Of a stretch of 51,351 nucleotides of DNA, positions 1-8,409 are shown in pieces (position 1 is the stretch's first letter; each line of letters opens with the position of its first letter). The DNA is from a virus. Its lineage: Duplodnaviria; Caudoviricetes. A program made the position numbers and the translations under genes. The stretch is taken from the IMG/VR virus record IMGVR_UViG_3300037482_000077, positions 1 to 51,351 of that record; one strand, given 5' to 3'. Under the pieces are notes generated by a model. It was not told the origin of the DNA. It was given only the letters and a program-made list of their open reading frames with translations, and did no database searches.

Positions 1-126
1 GCGAAAATCGGGTTCAATTGCCGGCGCGAGCTCGGGATGCTCTCGCAGGATTGCGCCCCATCGCGGGTCGCTTGGACCAGGGGCGAAAAGGCTACGAAGT
101 TCGGTAGTTGGTCCATGTGCTTCCTG
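1..126. repeat. Contig-end overlap (identical to 51219-51344); indicates a circular/complete phage genome
   Basis: 126 bp exact direct repeat at both ends; the copies diverge exactly at the C10 run at 127-136. Confidence 0.9.
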
Positions 127-874
127 CCCCCCCCCCTGTTACCGTTGCGTGCTGTTCGGAGTTCGCGCCCTTGCCGTCCCGCGCCGCTGGCGTCGGCCAC
201 TGGCATACCTGCCCCGCCAGAATCGGATCGCCCCGCCCGCCCCGCTGATTCGGCCCGCCCTTGTCGCCGTCCGTCGCGCGCGGCGTCGCCCAGTTCGTCA
301 CGCCATGCGAGACAAAACCATCTTTCGCGCCCGTGGCTGGCGCCCACGTCGGACGCGGATAGATGGAGCCATTCCGCATCCCAGCCGAGGTCGGCCAGTT
401 CCCCCACGACTCGGGCGGCTGCGCGCTCGTCGAGTTCTCCTTCCGCCTCGTCCATAACGGAGGCGGTGGCAGAAGCGATGCCTCCGACGTTCTCCAGAAA
501 GAGGAAGAGCGCACCGCTATCGGTCGCGATGCGGACGACTTCGAAGAAAAGCCCGCTGCGCTTGCCGTCAAGCCCGGCGCGCCGACCCGCAACGGACAGG
601 TCCTGACAGGGGAATCCGGCAACGACGCAATCCACCTTGCCGCGCCATGCGCGAGCGTCGAAGGTGCAGACATCGGACCAGACAGGAGCCGCATCCATCG
701 AGCCTTCTTCCATGCGCGCGACCATGACTGCGGCGGCGTGAGCTTCCCGCTCAACGTGGCAAACGGCGCGATACGCGATGCCCAAGTGGGCGAGCCCGGC
801 TCGCAATCCCTCGTCGAGCATTCCGACGCCCGAGAAGAGGGAGATTCCAGCGAGGGGACGTAGAGCCAGCTCAT
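92..874 (-). pseudogene. 5' part of a phage WPTP/WATP-motif protein (family often annotated as DNA-methylase-associated), frameshifted at a G10 tract; continues across the contig junction as 51071-51344
   Basis: WPT, WATP and WPTP motifs here; the family C-terminal motif LNPIFAAWLMGWP lies in another frame; G8 or G11 would restore TGGG-RKHMDQLPNF. Confidence 0.65.
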
Positions 875-1072
875 TCACGCCGCCTCCCGTGCCGCGGCCA
901 TCTCCGCGCGCCAGGCCTCGCGCACGTCGGCCCGCAGCCGGTCGGCGGCAGCCTTGCCGCGGCGCTTGGCGATCAGATCGAGGTGCGCCGCTATGCGGTC
1001 GCCGGACGGCCAAAAGTTGCGCACGCACCAGCGGACTTCACAGGCATGGCGGTATTCGTCGTCAGTCCGCAT
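875..1072 (-). CDS. Small phage hypothetical protein (YRHACEVRW motif)
   Basis: Tightly packed in the replication operon. Confidence 0.7.
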   Translation of the reverse strand: MRTDDEYRHACEVRWCVRNFWPSGDRIAAHLDLIAKRRGKAAADRLRADVREAWRAEMAAAREAA

Positions 1073-1262
1073 GGCTGTTCCTTAGTGCGGCGTTGGCGCG
1101 CTCGCTGTTGATTCGGCCGGCCTTGACGTGATCGCCCAGGATCTTCACGAAGCGCGCATCGCCCTTCTCGGCAAGCTCGATGATTGCGTCTTGCCACGGA
1201 CCGCGCACGGCCGGCGGTTCGCCCTGCGCCCATCGCGTCGAACCTGCTTCAATGCCTTTCAT
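1062..1262 (-). CDS. Hypothetical protein
   Basis: ATGA overlap with the dnaC-like gene. Confidence 0.6.
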   Translation of the reverse strand: MKGIEAGSTRWAQGEPPAVRGPWQDAIIELAEKGDARFVKILGDHVKAGRINSERANAALRNSHAD

Positions 1263-2047
1263 GCTTGCCCCCTGTGCGACTCCCAATCGAAGACGATCGC
1301 CTCGCCCTTGTCCTCGCGGATGCGGTCGAAGATGCGCTCGCCGAGATAGGCCTTAACCTCGTCGAGCGCCAGATTCGAGAGCATCAGCGTCGGCCGGCGG
1401 CGCTCGTAGCGCTCGTTCAGCACGTCGAACAGGATCAGCTTTTCGGTCTCGCTGCCGAACTGAACGCCCACCTCGTCGAGAATCAGCAGGTCCGGGAATG
1501 CGAGCGACTCGACCGCTTCCGTCTCGCTCATCTCGCTACCGCGGCTCCACGTGTCCTTCACCCGGCGAAGCGCGCGCATGACCGTGCAGAAAAGAACGGT
1601 GCGGTTATCCCGACGCATGATCCGAAGACCGATCCCGATTGCCAGGTGCGTCTTCCCGGTGCCAGGCTTCCCAAGGAACAGCGCGGACCGGCCGGTTTCT
1701 AGCGCTTCGTCAAAGGTGCCGGCGTATGCTTCGGCGAACGCCAGCGCGCGCCGCTGACCTTCCGTCGCAGCCACATACGACTGGAGCGACCGATCCTGAA
1801 ACCGCTCCGGGATGCCCGCAGAGCCGATCTTGGATTGCCACAGGCGCTGCGCTCTTTCCTTCTCCTGCGCCTCGCGCTTGGCCTTCTCCTCGATCTCGGC
1901 CTCGGCGGTGCAGGCCGAGCATTTCGTCCAGACGGCACCGAATACGCGGCGGCTTTGAAACATGCCGTGCGCCTCGCACGCGGCGTCGCGGACTTCAGGG
2001 CTGTGCATCGCATCGAGCATCTCGTGCAGCGTGTCTTTGCCGCTCAT
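1259..2047 (-). CDS. DnaC/IstB-like AAA+ helicase loader
   Basis: Walker A GKPGTGKT, Walker B LLILDEVG, N-terminal Cys/His zinc site, GERIFDRIRE; follows the initiator. Confidence 0.92.
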   Translation of the reverse strand: MSGKDTLHEMLDAMHSPEVRDAACEAHGMFQSRRVFGAVWTKCSACTAEAEIEEKAKREAQEKERAQRLWQSKIGSAGIPERFQDRSLQSYVAATEGQRRALAFAEAYAGTFDEALETGRSALFLGKPGTGKTHLAIGIGLRIMRRDNRTVLFCTVMRALRRVKDTWSRGSEMSETEAVESLAFPDLLILDEVGVQFGSETEKLILFDVLNERYERRRPTLMLSNLALDEVKAYLGERIFDRIREDKGEAIVFDWESHRGQA

Positions 2048-2904
2048 AGCAAGCCCCCCGTCCCGTAGTCCTTTGTATCGAACCTCTCCGGCTCAGGAGC
2101 TCGTAGCCGGCTGGCCGGCGCTGCTGCCTGGAGTACGGACCAGTCGTCGCGCCAGTGCTCTCCCGTGCCGAGGAAGCTCGCCGCCTGCTTCACGAACTGC
2201 GTGCCGATGCTGCCCTTTGCCTTGCAATACGCTGCATACCGCCGCAAACCGGTGAGAAGTTCGTCAGCAGGAATGCCGGACCGGATGCGCGCATTCCACG
2301 CCTTCAGCGCGTCGGCCTTGCTGTTCGAACCTTCACGCTTCGGGTAGATCGACCAGAACTCGGCGAACTCTTCCGGCATGCTCGGCGCAGGCTTTTCTGC
2401 GCCAAGCGCGGTGTGTTTGTCTTTTGAGGTTGTCTTTTGGAAGGTTGTCTTTTGTGTGTCCCGATTCGGGACTACCGACCCGTCCCGATTCGGGACTACC
2501 TCTAGTCCTTTTTTGGGACTAGCGTCCCGATTCGGGACTAGTCCTTTTTTGGGACTAGCTATCCATTGGTCATAGTGCTTGTTGATGCCGATCACGCACC
2601 CGTATTCGCCACCGCGCTTCGTGATGACGCGCACCTCGTGAAGCTGGTTAAGCGTCTCGGTGACATGGTTGCGGGAGACGCCGCACATCGCGCCAATCTG
2701 CGACGCGCTCATGTCATCGTGCTTCTTGTTGTAGCCGTAAGTCTTGCGCAGTACGGTCAGCACGACATGCAACTGCCGGCCGGAGAAGCCGAACGTCAAG
2801 ATGGCGTCGAGAAGTTCATTCGCAATGCGGACGTGCCCGTTTTCGAGTTGCGGGCCGTCTGCCCTGTGTTCGTCGATGTTGATTACTCTGTTTGCTTGTG
2901 CCAT
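2044..2904 (-). CDS. Lambda O-like replication initiator
   Basis: LENGHVRIANELLDAIL N-terminal domain, internal iterons, C-terminal FAEFWSIYPKR domain. Confidence 0.9.
   Translation of the reverse strand: MAQANRVINIDEHRADGPQLENGHVRIANELLDAILTFGFSGRQLHVVLTVLRKTYGYNKKHDDMSASQIGAMCGVSRNHVTETLNQLHEVRVITKRGGEYGCVIGINKHYDQWIASPKKGLVPNRDASPKKGLEVVPNRDGSVVPNRDTQKTTFQKTTSKDKHTALGAEKPAPSMPEEFAEFWSIYPKREGSNSKADALKAWNARIRSGIPADELLTGLRRYAAYCKAKGSIGTQFVKQAASFLGTGEHWRDDWSVLQAAAPASRLRAPEPERFDTKDYGTGGLL
2417..2557. promoter_or_regulatory. Replication origin: iterons plus adjacent T-rich repeats
   Basis: 3x GTCCCGATTCGGGAC and 2x AGTCCTTTTTTGGGACT at 2458-2557; 3x TTGTCTTTTG at 2417-2454; located inside the O-like gene as in lambda. 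Confidence 0.85.
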
Positions 2905-2978
2905 GATTTCCTCGTTGATTGATTCCGGCCCGCCGAGTGGTTGCCGCCACGATGAAGCGGGCTTTGTTTCGTCCGACA

Positions 2979-3200
2979 TCAGGCCGCGGACCGAGCCAAG
3001 AAATACCGCTTTACCCTGCACGCTTCCCCGAACCGGTTCTGCACCTCGACCCATTCGGACGCGATGTCCTCGCCGGCGTCTTTCAGGTCTTTTGCCCTCG
3101 CCGCGAGCCGGAATATTCCGAGTTGCACCAGGGCCGACATCGGCGTCACGGATGCGCCAGTCCTGAGCATGGAGAGCAGGCGGTCGTTCTGGGATCTCAT
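2979..3200 (-). CDS. Small winged-HTH phage protein
   Basis: SVTPMSALVQLGIFRLAARAKDLK motif. Confidence 0.8.
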   Translation of the reverse strand: MRSQNDRLLSMLRTGASVTPMSALVQLGIFRLAARAKDLKDAGEDIASEWVEVQNRFGEACRVKRYFLARSAA

Positions 3201-4279
3201 TGCACGCCCTCCAGTAGATCGGCTTGCTGCTCGGTGATTTCGTAGGCGTCGCGCACGTCGTGGCGCATGCCGAATAGATCGACTTGTTCGGCCGGCAGGC
3301 AATGCGGGCTAAACCAGATCACTTCACGCTTGGCGTTCTCCCGCCCGCGTCCGGTGCCCTGGTTGCCGTATCCGCCTTTCGCCTTCCAGAAATACGGCAC
3401 CCATCCGGCGTCGGTCATCTCGTCGTCGTGCTCGCCCGTATAGCCGCACAGCGCGATGCGAAAGAGCGGGTTGTCCCCGTTGGTCGCGGCCCATGCGCGC
3501 GCCCGGTCTGCGACGCTCTCGGCGGCTTTCACCGCATAGGCGTCGTGGCAGTCGGCCGCCTCCGAGTCATAGGGTGGGTCGAGCACGACGGCGGTTAGCC
3601 CGACGCCCGTCGTCACGGACGGCCCGAGCACGCGCTCGAAGTCGCCGCAGGCAACGCGCACGTCGCGCAGGCGGTCAGCCAGGGATTGAAAGTAGTCGGC
3701 GAGCTTGCGATTGATGCCCTTCCCCTCCGACAGGTGGGGAAGCTTGCGATTGATGCCCTTCCCCTCCGACAGGTGAGGAAGCTTGCGATTGATGCCCTGA
3801 GACGCCGACAGGTGGGGAAGCTGGCGGGAGTCCGTCAATTCGCCGTCGACGACGATCCATGGCCCCTCCCCGCTGCACCAGCCGGAGCCGATCCAGCTCG
3901 AGATGCCCCACACCCACCAGCCGGCCGCCTTTGTGTCGTAGAAGTCAGGCGAACCCATCAAGCGGGCCGTGATGCTCTCGCGCTGCCCATTCAGCCATGC
4001 GTGGCGCGCGTGCAAGTCGCACTCGCTGACCGGCCAGTTGGCGTGGTGCGCGACCGCTTCCGGATCGGCCTGAAGCGCCCGCCAGAAGTTCGCGAGCAGC
4101 CCGTCGAAATCGTTGATCGTCTCGAATCCGCTCACATTCGGCCGCGCCAGCAGGCAGGCCCCGGAGCCGAAGAACGGCTCGACGAAATTGTCGACGACGC
4201 CGAACCGCATCCAAATTTGCGCAGCAACGGCGCTCTTGCCGCCGAACCACGGGTAGGGAGACCGGAGCACATCCTTCAC
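3197..4279 (-). CDS. DNA adenine methyltransferase (Dam/D12 class)
   Basis: PYPWFGGKS, FVEPFFGSGA, ETIND and DPPY motifs; GTG start. Confidence 0.9.
   Translation of the reverse strand: MKDVLRSPYPWFGGKSAVAAQIWMRFGVVDNFVEPFFGSGACLLARPNVSGFETINDFDGLLANFWRALQADPEAVAHHANWPVSECDLHARHAWLNGQRESITARLMGSPDFYDTKAAGWWVWGISSWIGSGWCSGEGPWIVVDGELTDSRQLPHLSASQGINRKLPHLSEGKGINRKLPHLSEGKGINRKLADYFQSLADRLRDVRVACGDFERVLGPSVTTGVGLTAVVLDPPYDSEAADCHDAYAVKAAESVADRARAWAATNGDNPLFRIALCGYTGEHDDEMTDAGWVPYFWKAKGGYGNQGTGRGRENAKREVIWFSPHCLPAEQVDLFGMRHDVRDAYEITEQQADLLEGVQ
3702..3823. repeat. 39-bp in-frame tandem repeat (about 3 copies) inside the methylase
   Basis: Units start at 3702, 3741 and 3780; they encode LPHLS(EGK/ASQ)GINRK. 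Confidence 0.9.
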
Positions 4280-4445
4280 TTGCGCGCCCCCGCCCAGAAA
4301 TCCAGCCACGACCTGGCGAAAACCAGCGGATCGAGCGTCACGGCGACCGCGGCGCGCCGGTGCTCGGCCAGCACCGTGACGGATGCGCACGCCGCCCGCC
4401 GATGGGCCGGGCGCAGGGAGGCGGCGAAGGTCAGCACGTGCGCGG

Positions 4446-4592
4446 TCACAGCGCAGAAATCCACTGCGCGAACTCCATCGCCGCCACGCCGAACCCGAAC
4501 ACAGCGAACATCGCAACGACCATCAGCAGCAACACGAGCCGCATACGGGCCGCGTCTGCGCGGGCGTCAAAGTCATCGGTGTAGTCGTTCAT
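4446..4592 (-). CDS. Small membrane protein (48 aa)
   Basis: MNDYTDD...LVLLLMVVAMFAVFGFGVAAM hydrophobic helix; ATGA overlap with the upstream gene. Confidence 0.6.
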   Translation of the reverse strand: MNDYTDDFDARADAARMRLVLLLMVVAMFAVFGFGVAAMEFAQWISAL

Positions 4593-4840
4593 TCCTCGGT
4601 CCCCTTGCTAGCCTTGATATCCTTGGATATCGCGCCACCGTCGCCAAAAATGGAACGGAGGGCGTGATATTTGTCACGCTGCACTTTGAGGTGCTGCGCT
4701 ATGAGCACTCGCATCAGAGCCTGCGGCGTCACCCCCGCCTCTTCGGCCACCATCCGGAAAGCGCGGTCCATGTCGTCCGGCAAGCGCAGCCCGATCTGGC
4801 CCGTCTTTTTCCCGTCGATCAGGTCGTCAATCAGTTCCAT
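4589..4840 (-). CDS. Ribbon-helix-helix/CII-position regulator
   Basis: QIGLRLPDDMDRAFRMVAEEAGVTPQALMR pattern; lies downstream of cro. Confidence 0.65.
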   Translation of the reverse strand: MELIDDLIDGKKTGQIGLRLPDDMDRAFRMVAEEAGVTPQALMRVLIAQHLKVQRDKYHALRSIFGDGGAISKDIKASKGTEE

Positions 4841-4943
4841 GTGCGGTCCCACAAAAAGACGCCCGGCGCGGCTACCAGAGCCGGCCGGGACGTTGAAGCC
4901 GGCCAGAGGGCCAGCAGGAGGAGAGGGGGGCGGCAGTCATGAG

Positions 4944-5177
4944 TCAGGCGACCTCTTTGCGGGAACGGTAAATGCGCTCCGCGCTCTCGACGCGCCGGAA
5001 GAAGTCCGCCAAGCGCTGCACGGTCAGCACGCCCGGATTCGGCGTGACGCCCTGCGAAATCTTGGTGATCGTGTGGTAAGGAACGCCGGATTGGTCGGCG
5101 ATGTCCTTGTGCAGTCCGCGGGTTTCCCGCAGGCGGCGCCGGACGTAATCAAGGAGCGGTTCGTGATTGGTGCGCAT
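4944..5177 (-). CDS. Cro-like HTH regulator
   Basis: HKDIADQSGVPYHTITKISQGVTPNPG HTH; divergent from the repressor. Confidence 0.85.
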   Translation of the reverse strand: MRTNHEPLLDYVRRRLRETRGLHKDIADQSGVPYHTITKISQGVTPNPGVLTVQRLADFFRRVESAERIYRSRKEVA

Positions 5178-5184
5178 GCGAGAC

Positions 5185-5244
5185 AGAATATCCATCTCCG
5201 GACTTTAATGCAATGGCCGCATGTGGACTATCCGAATGAGGATA
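5185..5244. promoter_or_regulatory. PR promoter and three OR-like operators
   Basis: Minus-strand TTGCAT-17-TATTCT; sites TATCCatctccGGACT, TGGCCgcatgtGGACT and TATCCgaatgaGGATA. Confidence 0.75.
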
Positions 5245-5252
5245 ATTTGCGT

Positions 5253-5600
5253 ATGGGAAAAGCACGCGAAACCGCCGCCCGCAACCTCGCGCGGCTCATG
5301 GAGAGCTCGCGCCTGGACACGCTGCAGAAAGTCGCAGACAAGTCTGGCGTGGGCTATGGCACCGTCCGCCGCGTGAAGCTGGCCGACGTGTCGGTGACGA
5401 TCGACAACCTGGAGGCGATCGCCGCCGCCTTCGGGTTGTCGTTGGTCGAGTTTCTGGCGGACGCCGATGCGACGCCGGTCGAGCGCACCTGTCGCGACGT
5501 AGCGCATATGCTCGCGGCACTGCCAGAGGCGGATCGCGCGCAGATCGTGACGTATGTCACACTGCGGACCGAACTCCGATCGGTGACGCCTGACGCCTGA
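5253..5600 (+). CDS. CI-like XRE repressor (short, no S24 peptidase domain)
   Basis: LQKVADKSGVGYGTVRRV...TIDNLEAIAAAFG HTH_XRE pattern. Confidence 0.85.
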   Translation: MGKARETAARNLARLMESSRLDTLQKVADKSGVGYGTVRRVKLADVSVTIDNLEAIAAAFGLSLVEFLADADATPVERTCRDVAHMLAALPEADRAQIVTYVTLRTELRSVTPDA

Positions 5601-5769
5601 ATCCCGCGCCCAGTGCGGGTCTTGGGCATCCCGGTGCGCCGATCATGGCGCCGACGCGCTGGTGTCTATGTATTTCGTGTAATTGCGTCCCCTGTGCGCA
5701 ACCTGTAATACTCCCCTACTCAATACGCACTACCCGGAAACGGGCACGGGGGGGTTTGTGACGGTCGAC

Positions 5770-5952
5770 ATGCATCTAGCCATTGCCAGTGAATGTCTTG
5801 CTTCGCCAGATTTCGATGCGGAGCTTAGAGAGCTGATGCGAAGCACGCCCGGACTCATGGCGCTCAGTGCCACCCTGAGGTACGCGGACGGGCACATCGA
5901 GCGCGTGACGATCAACATGCCGGACCCGGTGCGCTTGACGCAAGTCAACTGA
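5770..5952 (+). CDS. Hypothetical protein in the immunity region
   Basis: ORF between the repressor and a terminator; start uncertain. Confidence 0.45.
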   Translation: MHLAIASECLASPDFDAELRELMRSTPGLMALSATLRYADGHIERVTINMPDPVRLTQVN

Positions 5953-5974
5953 CCGCGCCTCACCCCTCAACCAG

Positions 5975-5998
5975 ACCCGCCGGTGCGGGTTTTTTTTC
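5975..5998 (+). terminator. Intrinsic terminator
   Basis: ACCCGC-CGGT-GCGGGT followed by a T run. Confidence 0.85.
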
Positions 5999-6014
5999 GT
6001 CTGCGCGAAAAAAT

Positions 6015-6055
6015 AGCCGAATATGGCTTGACTGTAGCGTCCTGATATGGATAAT
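6015..6055 (+). promoter_or_regulatory. PL promoter and two OL-like operators
   Basis: TTGACT-16-GATAAT; AGCCgaatatGGCT and GTCCtgatatGGATA share the CC-N6-GG core with the OR sites. Confidence 0.75.
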
Positions 6056-6093
6056 TGAGTCCAACACCCCACCACCCCACCGAGGACGCCGCC

Positions 6094-6213
6094 ATGCAGA
6101 TCCAAGCCCCGCACCCGAAGGACCAGTCAATCGCCGCCTATCTGGCCGCGATGTCCATCCTGTACCACGGCTCGCTGGCCGCCGCGCTGGCCGCCGCCCC
6201 GAAGTCGAACTAG
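6094..6213 (+). CDS. First PL gene, 39-aa peptide
   Basis: GAGGA RBS; MQIQAPHPKDQ... Confidence 0.55.
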   Translation: MQIQAPHPKDQSIAAYLAAMSILYHGSLAAALAAAPKSN

Positions 6214-6222
6214 GAGATCGTC

Positions 6223-6384
6223 ATGAGCTACGCGAGACAGCAACTGGTGTACCGGCAGAAGTCGCGCAACGTGCTGGCCTGGGTGATCGTCGGCGCGTTC
6301 GTCGTCGGCGTCGTCGCGGTGGCGGGCCTGCTGAGCCTGGACATGACGAGCCCCTTCACGCTGGCGCTGCAGGTGCTGCCGTGA
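6223..6384 (+). CDS. Small membrane protein
   Basis: AGGAG RBS; hydrophobic VLAWVIVGAFVVGVVAVAGLL. Confidence 0.65.
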   Translation: MSYARQQLVYRQKSRNVLAWVIVGAFVVGVVAVAGLLSLDMTSPFTLALQVLP

Positions 6385-6629
6385 TGGACACGATCAAGCG
6401 CTTCAAGGACTTCCCGGAGGTTGGCACCGCGGTCATCCACGCGACGGGCGGCAACCATCTGCGGCCCAGCGCGGTGGCCGAGGCGTTCCGCGTGACCGGC
6501 TCGCCGATTCTGCAGACCTGCACGCTCGGCTGCCTGGATGCGCCCGATTACATCTCGGCCGGGTCATTCATCGCGCCGTGTGCGCAGATCCCGATTCCGT
6601 CCTCCGCTAACCGATCCAGCCGCTTTTGA
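6384..6629 (+). CDS. Hypothetical protein
   Basis: TGATG coupling with the upstream gene. Confidence 0.5.
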   Translation: MDTIKRFKDFPEVGTAVIHATGGNHLRPSAVAEAFRVTGSPILQTCTLGCLDAPDYISAGSFIAPCAQIPIPSSANRSSRF

Positions 6630-6646
6630 ATCACCCCCGCATACCG

Positions 6647-6829
6647 CCCGTCCCACCCGGGCGCCGGTCAGGGGGAAATGACCGGAACCTCCCGCTGAAT
6701 CGGCGGCGGACATGGCAGGGACCGAGAGCACCGCGACACCAGCCCGGAAGGGTGACGGCTCGATAGGCGAGCGGCGGATGGTGAGTGCCGACCAAGACAT
6801 CACGGACAGCTTAGCGGGAGAGGGACGGG
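6647..6829 (+). ncRNA. Candidate structured leader RNA
   Basis: Nested long-range stems CCCGTCCC/GGGACGGG and CTCCCGCTGA/TTAGCGGGAG with internal hairpins. Confidence 0.45.
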
Positions 6830-6831
6830 AC

Positions 6832-7113
6832 ATGAACAAGCCGAAGATTTTTTGCTTCTCCAATGTGCGCGACGGCGGCGACGGCGTCGCTTACGCAATG
6901 GCGGAAGACGGAACGGTGCTTGGTTCGCACTGGTGCAGTCACGAGGCGTATGTGCCGGGCGACCTGGGTGTAACGGAGGGGGAGCGCCCTGACCGGCACG
7001 AGACCTACAAGGCGCACTACCCGGATGGGTACGAAATGGAGTTCGTGCCAGCGAAAGACGTGAAGAAGCACGAAGGGCTTGGCCGCGCTTTCGATCTGAA
7101 CCGCCCCGTATAG
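6832..7113 (+). CDS. Hypothetical protein
   Basis: Protein-like composition (MNKPKIFCFSN...). Confidence 0.7.
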   Translation: MNKPKIFCFSNVRDGGDGVAYAMAEDGTVLGSHWCSHEAYVPGDLGVTEGERPDRHETYKAHYPDGYEMEFVPAKDVKKHEGLGRAFDLNRPV

Positions 7114-7124
7114 CCGCGACGACT

Positions 7125-7300
7125 GACCGGCGTAACCGGTCACCACACGAAGGGCGATTGTGACGAACTGCAGCGACGTCGGAGGTAGCGCCTCCCTCGG
7201 CAGTCGCCCCCCGTGTGGTCGGCAGCTCACCCTGAGAGCTGCAGCGCTGGCAGGCCGCCACAAACGCCTGCATCCGCATGCCGCGGGCTGATCGCGGTGG
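7125..7300 (+). ncRNA. Candidate structured RNA / RNase III-type hairpin series
   Basis: GACCGG-CGTAA-CCGGTC hairpin; 19-bp stem 7142-7160/7201-7219; further hairpins GCAGCTC/GAGCTGC and GCAGGC/GCCTGC. Confidence 0.45.
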
Positions 7301-7356
7301 CAGCCACTGCCGAAGCTGGGATCGGGACCAAATGACACACGACGAGGGAGATAGCC

Positions 7357-7605
7357 ATGCAGGCGGAAATTTTGACGAAGGTGACGAAGCTGGCCAAAGA
7401 GTGGGCGATTGTTACGCGCCCTGAAGGCATCCGGCCCGACGACAGGTTTGTCGAGGACTTGGCTTTCGACAGCCTCGACCGGGTCGAAATGGTGATGGCC
7501 GTTGAGGAAGCTTTCGACATTGGCATCAGCGACGAAGAGGCCGAGCGCGTCCTCACGATTGCGGATGCGGTTGCGCTGGTGGTTGAGAAGCAGTCTCAGC
7601 ACTGA
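7357..7605 (+). CDS. acpP: Acyl carrier protein homolog
   Basis: FVEDLAFDSLDRVEMVMAVEEAFDIGISDEEAE, containing the phosphopantetheine-attachment DSL serine. Confidence 0.9.
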   Translation: MQAEILTKVTKLAKEWAIVTRPEGIRPDDRFVEDLAFDSLDRVEMVMAVEEAFDIGISDEEAERVLTIADAVALVVEKQSQH

Positions 7606-7624
7606 ACGCACAAGGGAGATAGGC

Positions 7625-7858
7625 ATGACCACGTACAGCAGCAACACACGCGCCATGCCCGGCCCCGGCGACCTCGGCGACGATCCGCGCCTCGCCGGGG
7701 ACGATCTGGACGACGCCATCGGGATGGACGAGATCATCAGGGAGATCCGCACCTGGCTCGGCATTGCCGCCGTAGCGGATCTGGCGGGCGACCGCGGCAA
7801 GGCGATGAGCGCGATCCGCGAGATTGCGGTGTACGCAACGGACTGCACGGAGGATTGA
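7625..7858 (+). CDS. Hypothetical protein
   Basis: GGAG RBS; operon packing. Confidence 0.6.
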   Translation: MTTYSSNTRAMPGPGDLGDDPRLAGDDLDDAIGMDEIIREIRTWLGIAAVADLAGDRGKAMSAIREIAVYATDCTED

Positions 7859-7861
7859 GCG

Positions 7862-8242
7862 ATGAGCGACTGGACGAAAGAGCCGTGGTCGGCATGTGAG
7901 CCGACAGACACCCTGCACGCGATTCGCGCGAAGTCCGGCCGCGTCGTTGCTGATGTCGGATACAGCGACACGGACACGCAAAACAGAGCAAACGCGCGAC
8001 GCATCTGCGCATGCGTGAATGCGCTTGAGGGACTGAACGATGACGCGCTAGCCGGCGGCTGGTCGTTCCGTGGAATCGAGAAATACGCAAAAGGGCTTGA
8101 GTGCCAGCGCGACGAACTCCTGCAGGAGCTGCGCTACATCGCCAACGCCGACACCGTCGAATGGGACGATCCGACCGACTTCGAGGCGTGGGCGAAGAAT
8201 CGGGCGCGGGCCGCCATCGCGAAGGTGGAGTCGGCGAAATGA
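7862..8242 (+). CDS. Phage hypothetical protein (ANARRICACVNA family)
   Basis: Motif common in lambdoid early proteins; ends RAAIAKV. Confidence 0.75.
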   Translation: MSDWTKEPWSACEPTDTLHAIRAKSGRVVADVGYSDTDTQNRANARRICACVNALEGLNDDALAGGWSFRGIEKYAKGLECQRDELLQELRYIANADTVEWDDPTDFEAWAKNRARAAIAKVESAK

Positions 8243-8409
8243 TGGCGCCCTACTTCTACAGCCTCGGGATGCTCGTCACTGGGCGGCATCACGACGGATG
8301 CAACATCCATCTGACCGCGATGGACCTGCTTGCCGCCGTGATCGCTGACGAGGAGCGGGAGCCGAGCCCGGCGATCGCTTTCCTGTTCCGTAAGGAGTCG
8401 AAGAAATGA
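8239..8409 (+). CDS. Hypothetical protein
   Basis: ATGA overlaps on both sides. Confidence 0.55.
   Translation: MMAPYFYSLGMLVTGRHHDGCNIHLTAMDLLAAVIADEEREPSPAIAFLFRKESKK

Noticed and set aside
2458-2557. Palindromic repeats as a novel repeat array
   Set aside because: Explained by lambdoid origin iterons inside the O-like gene.
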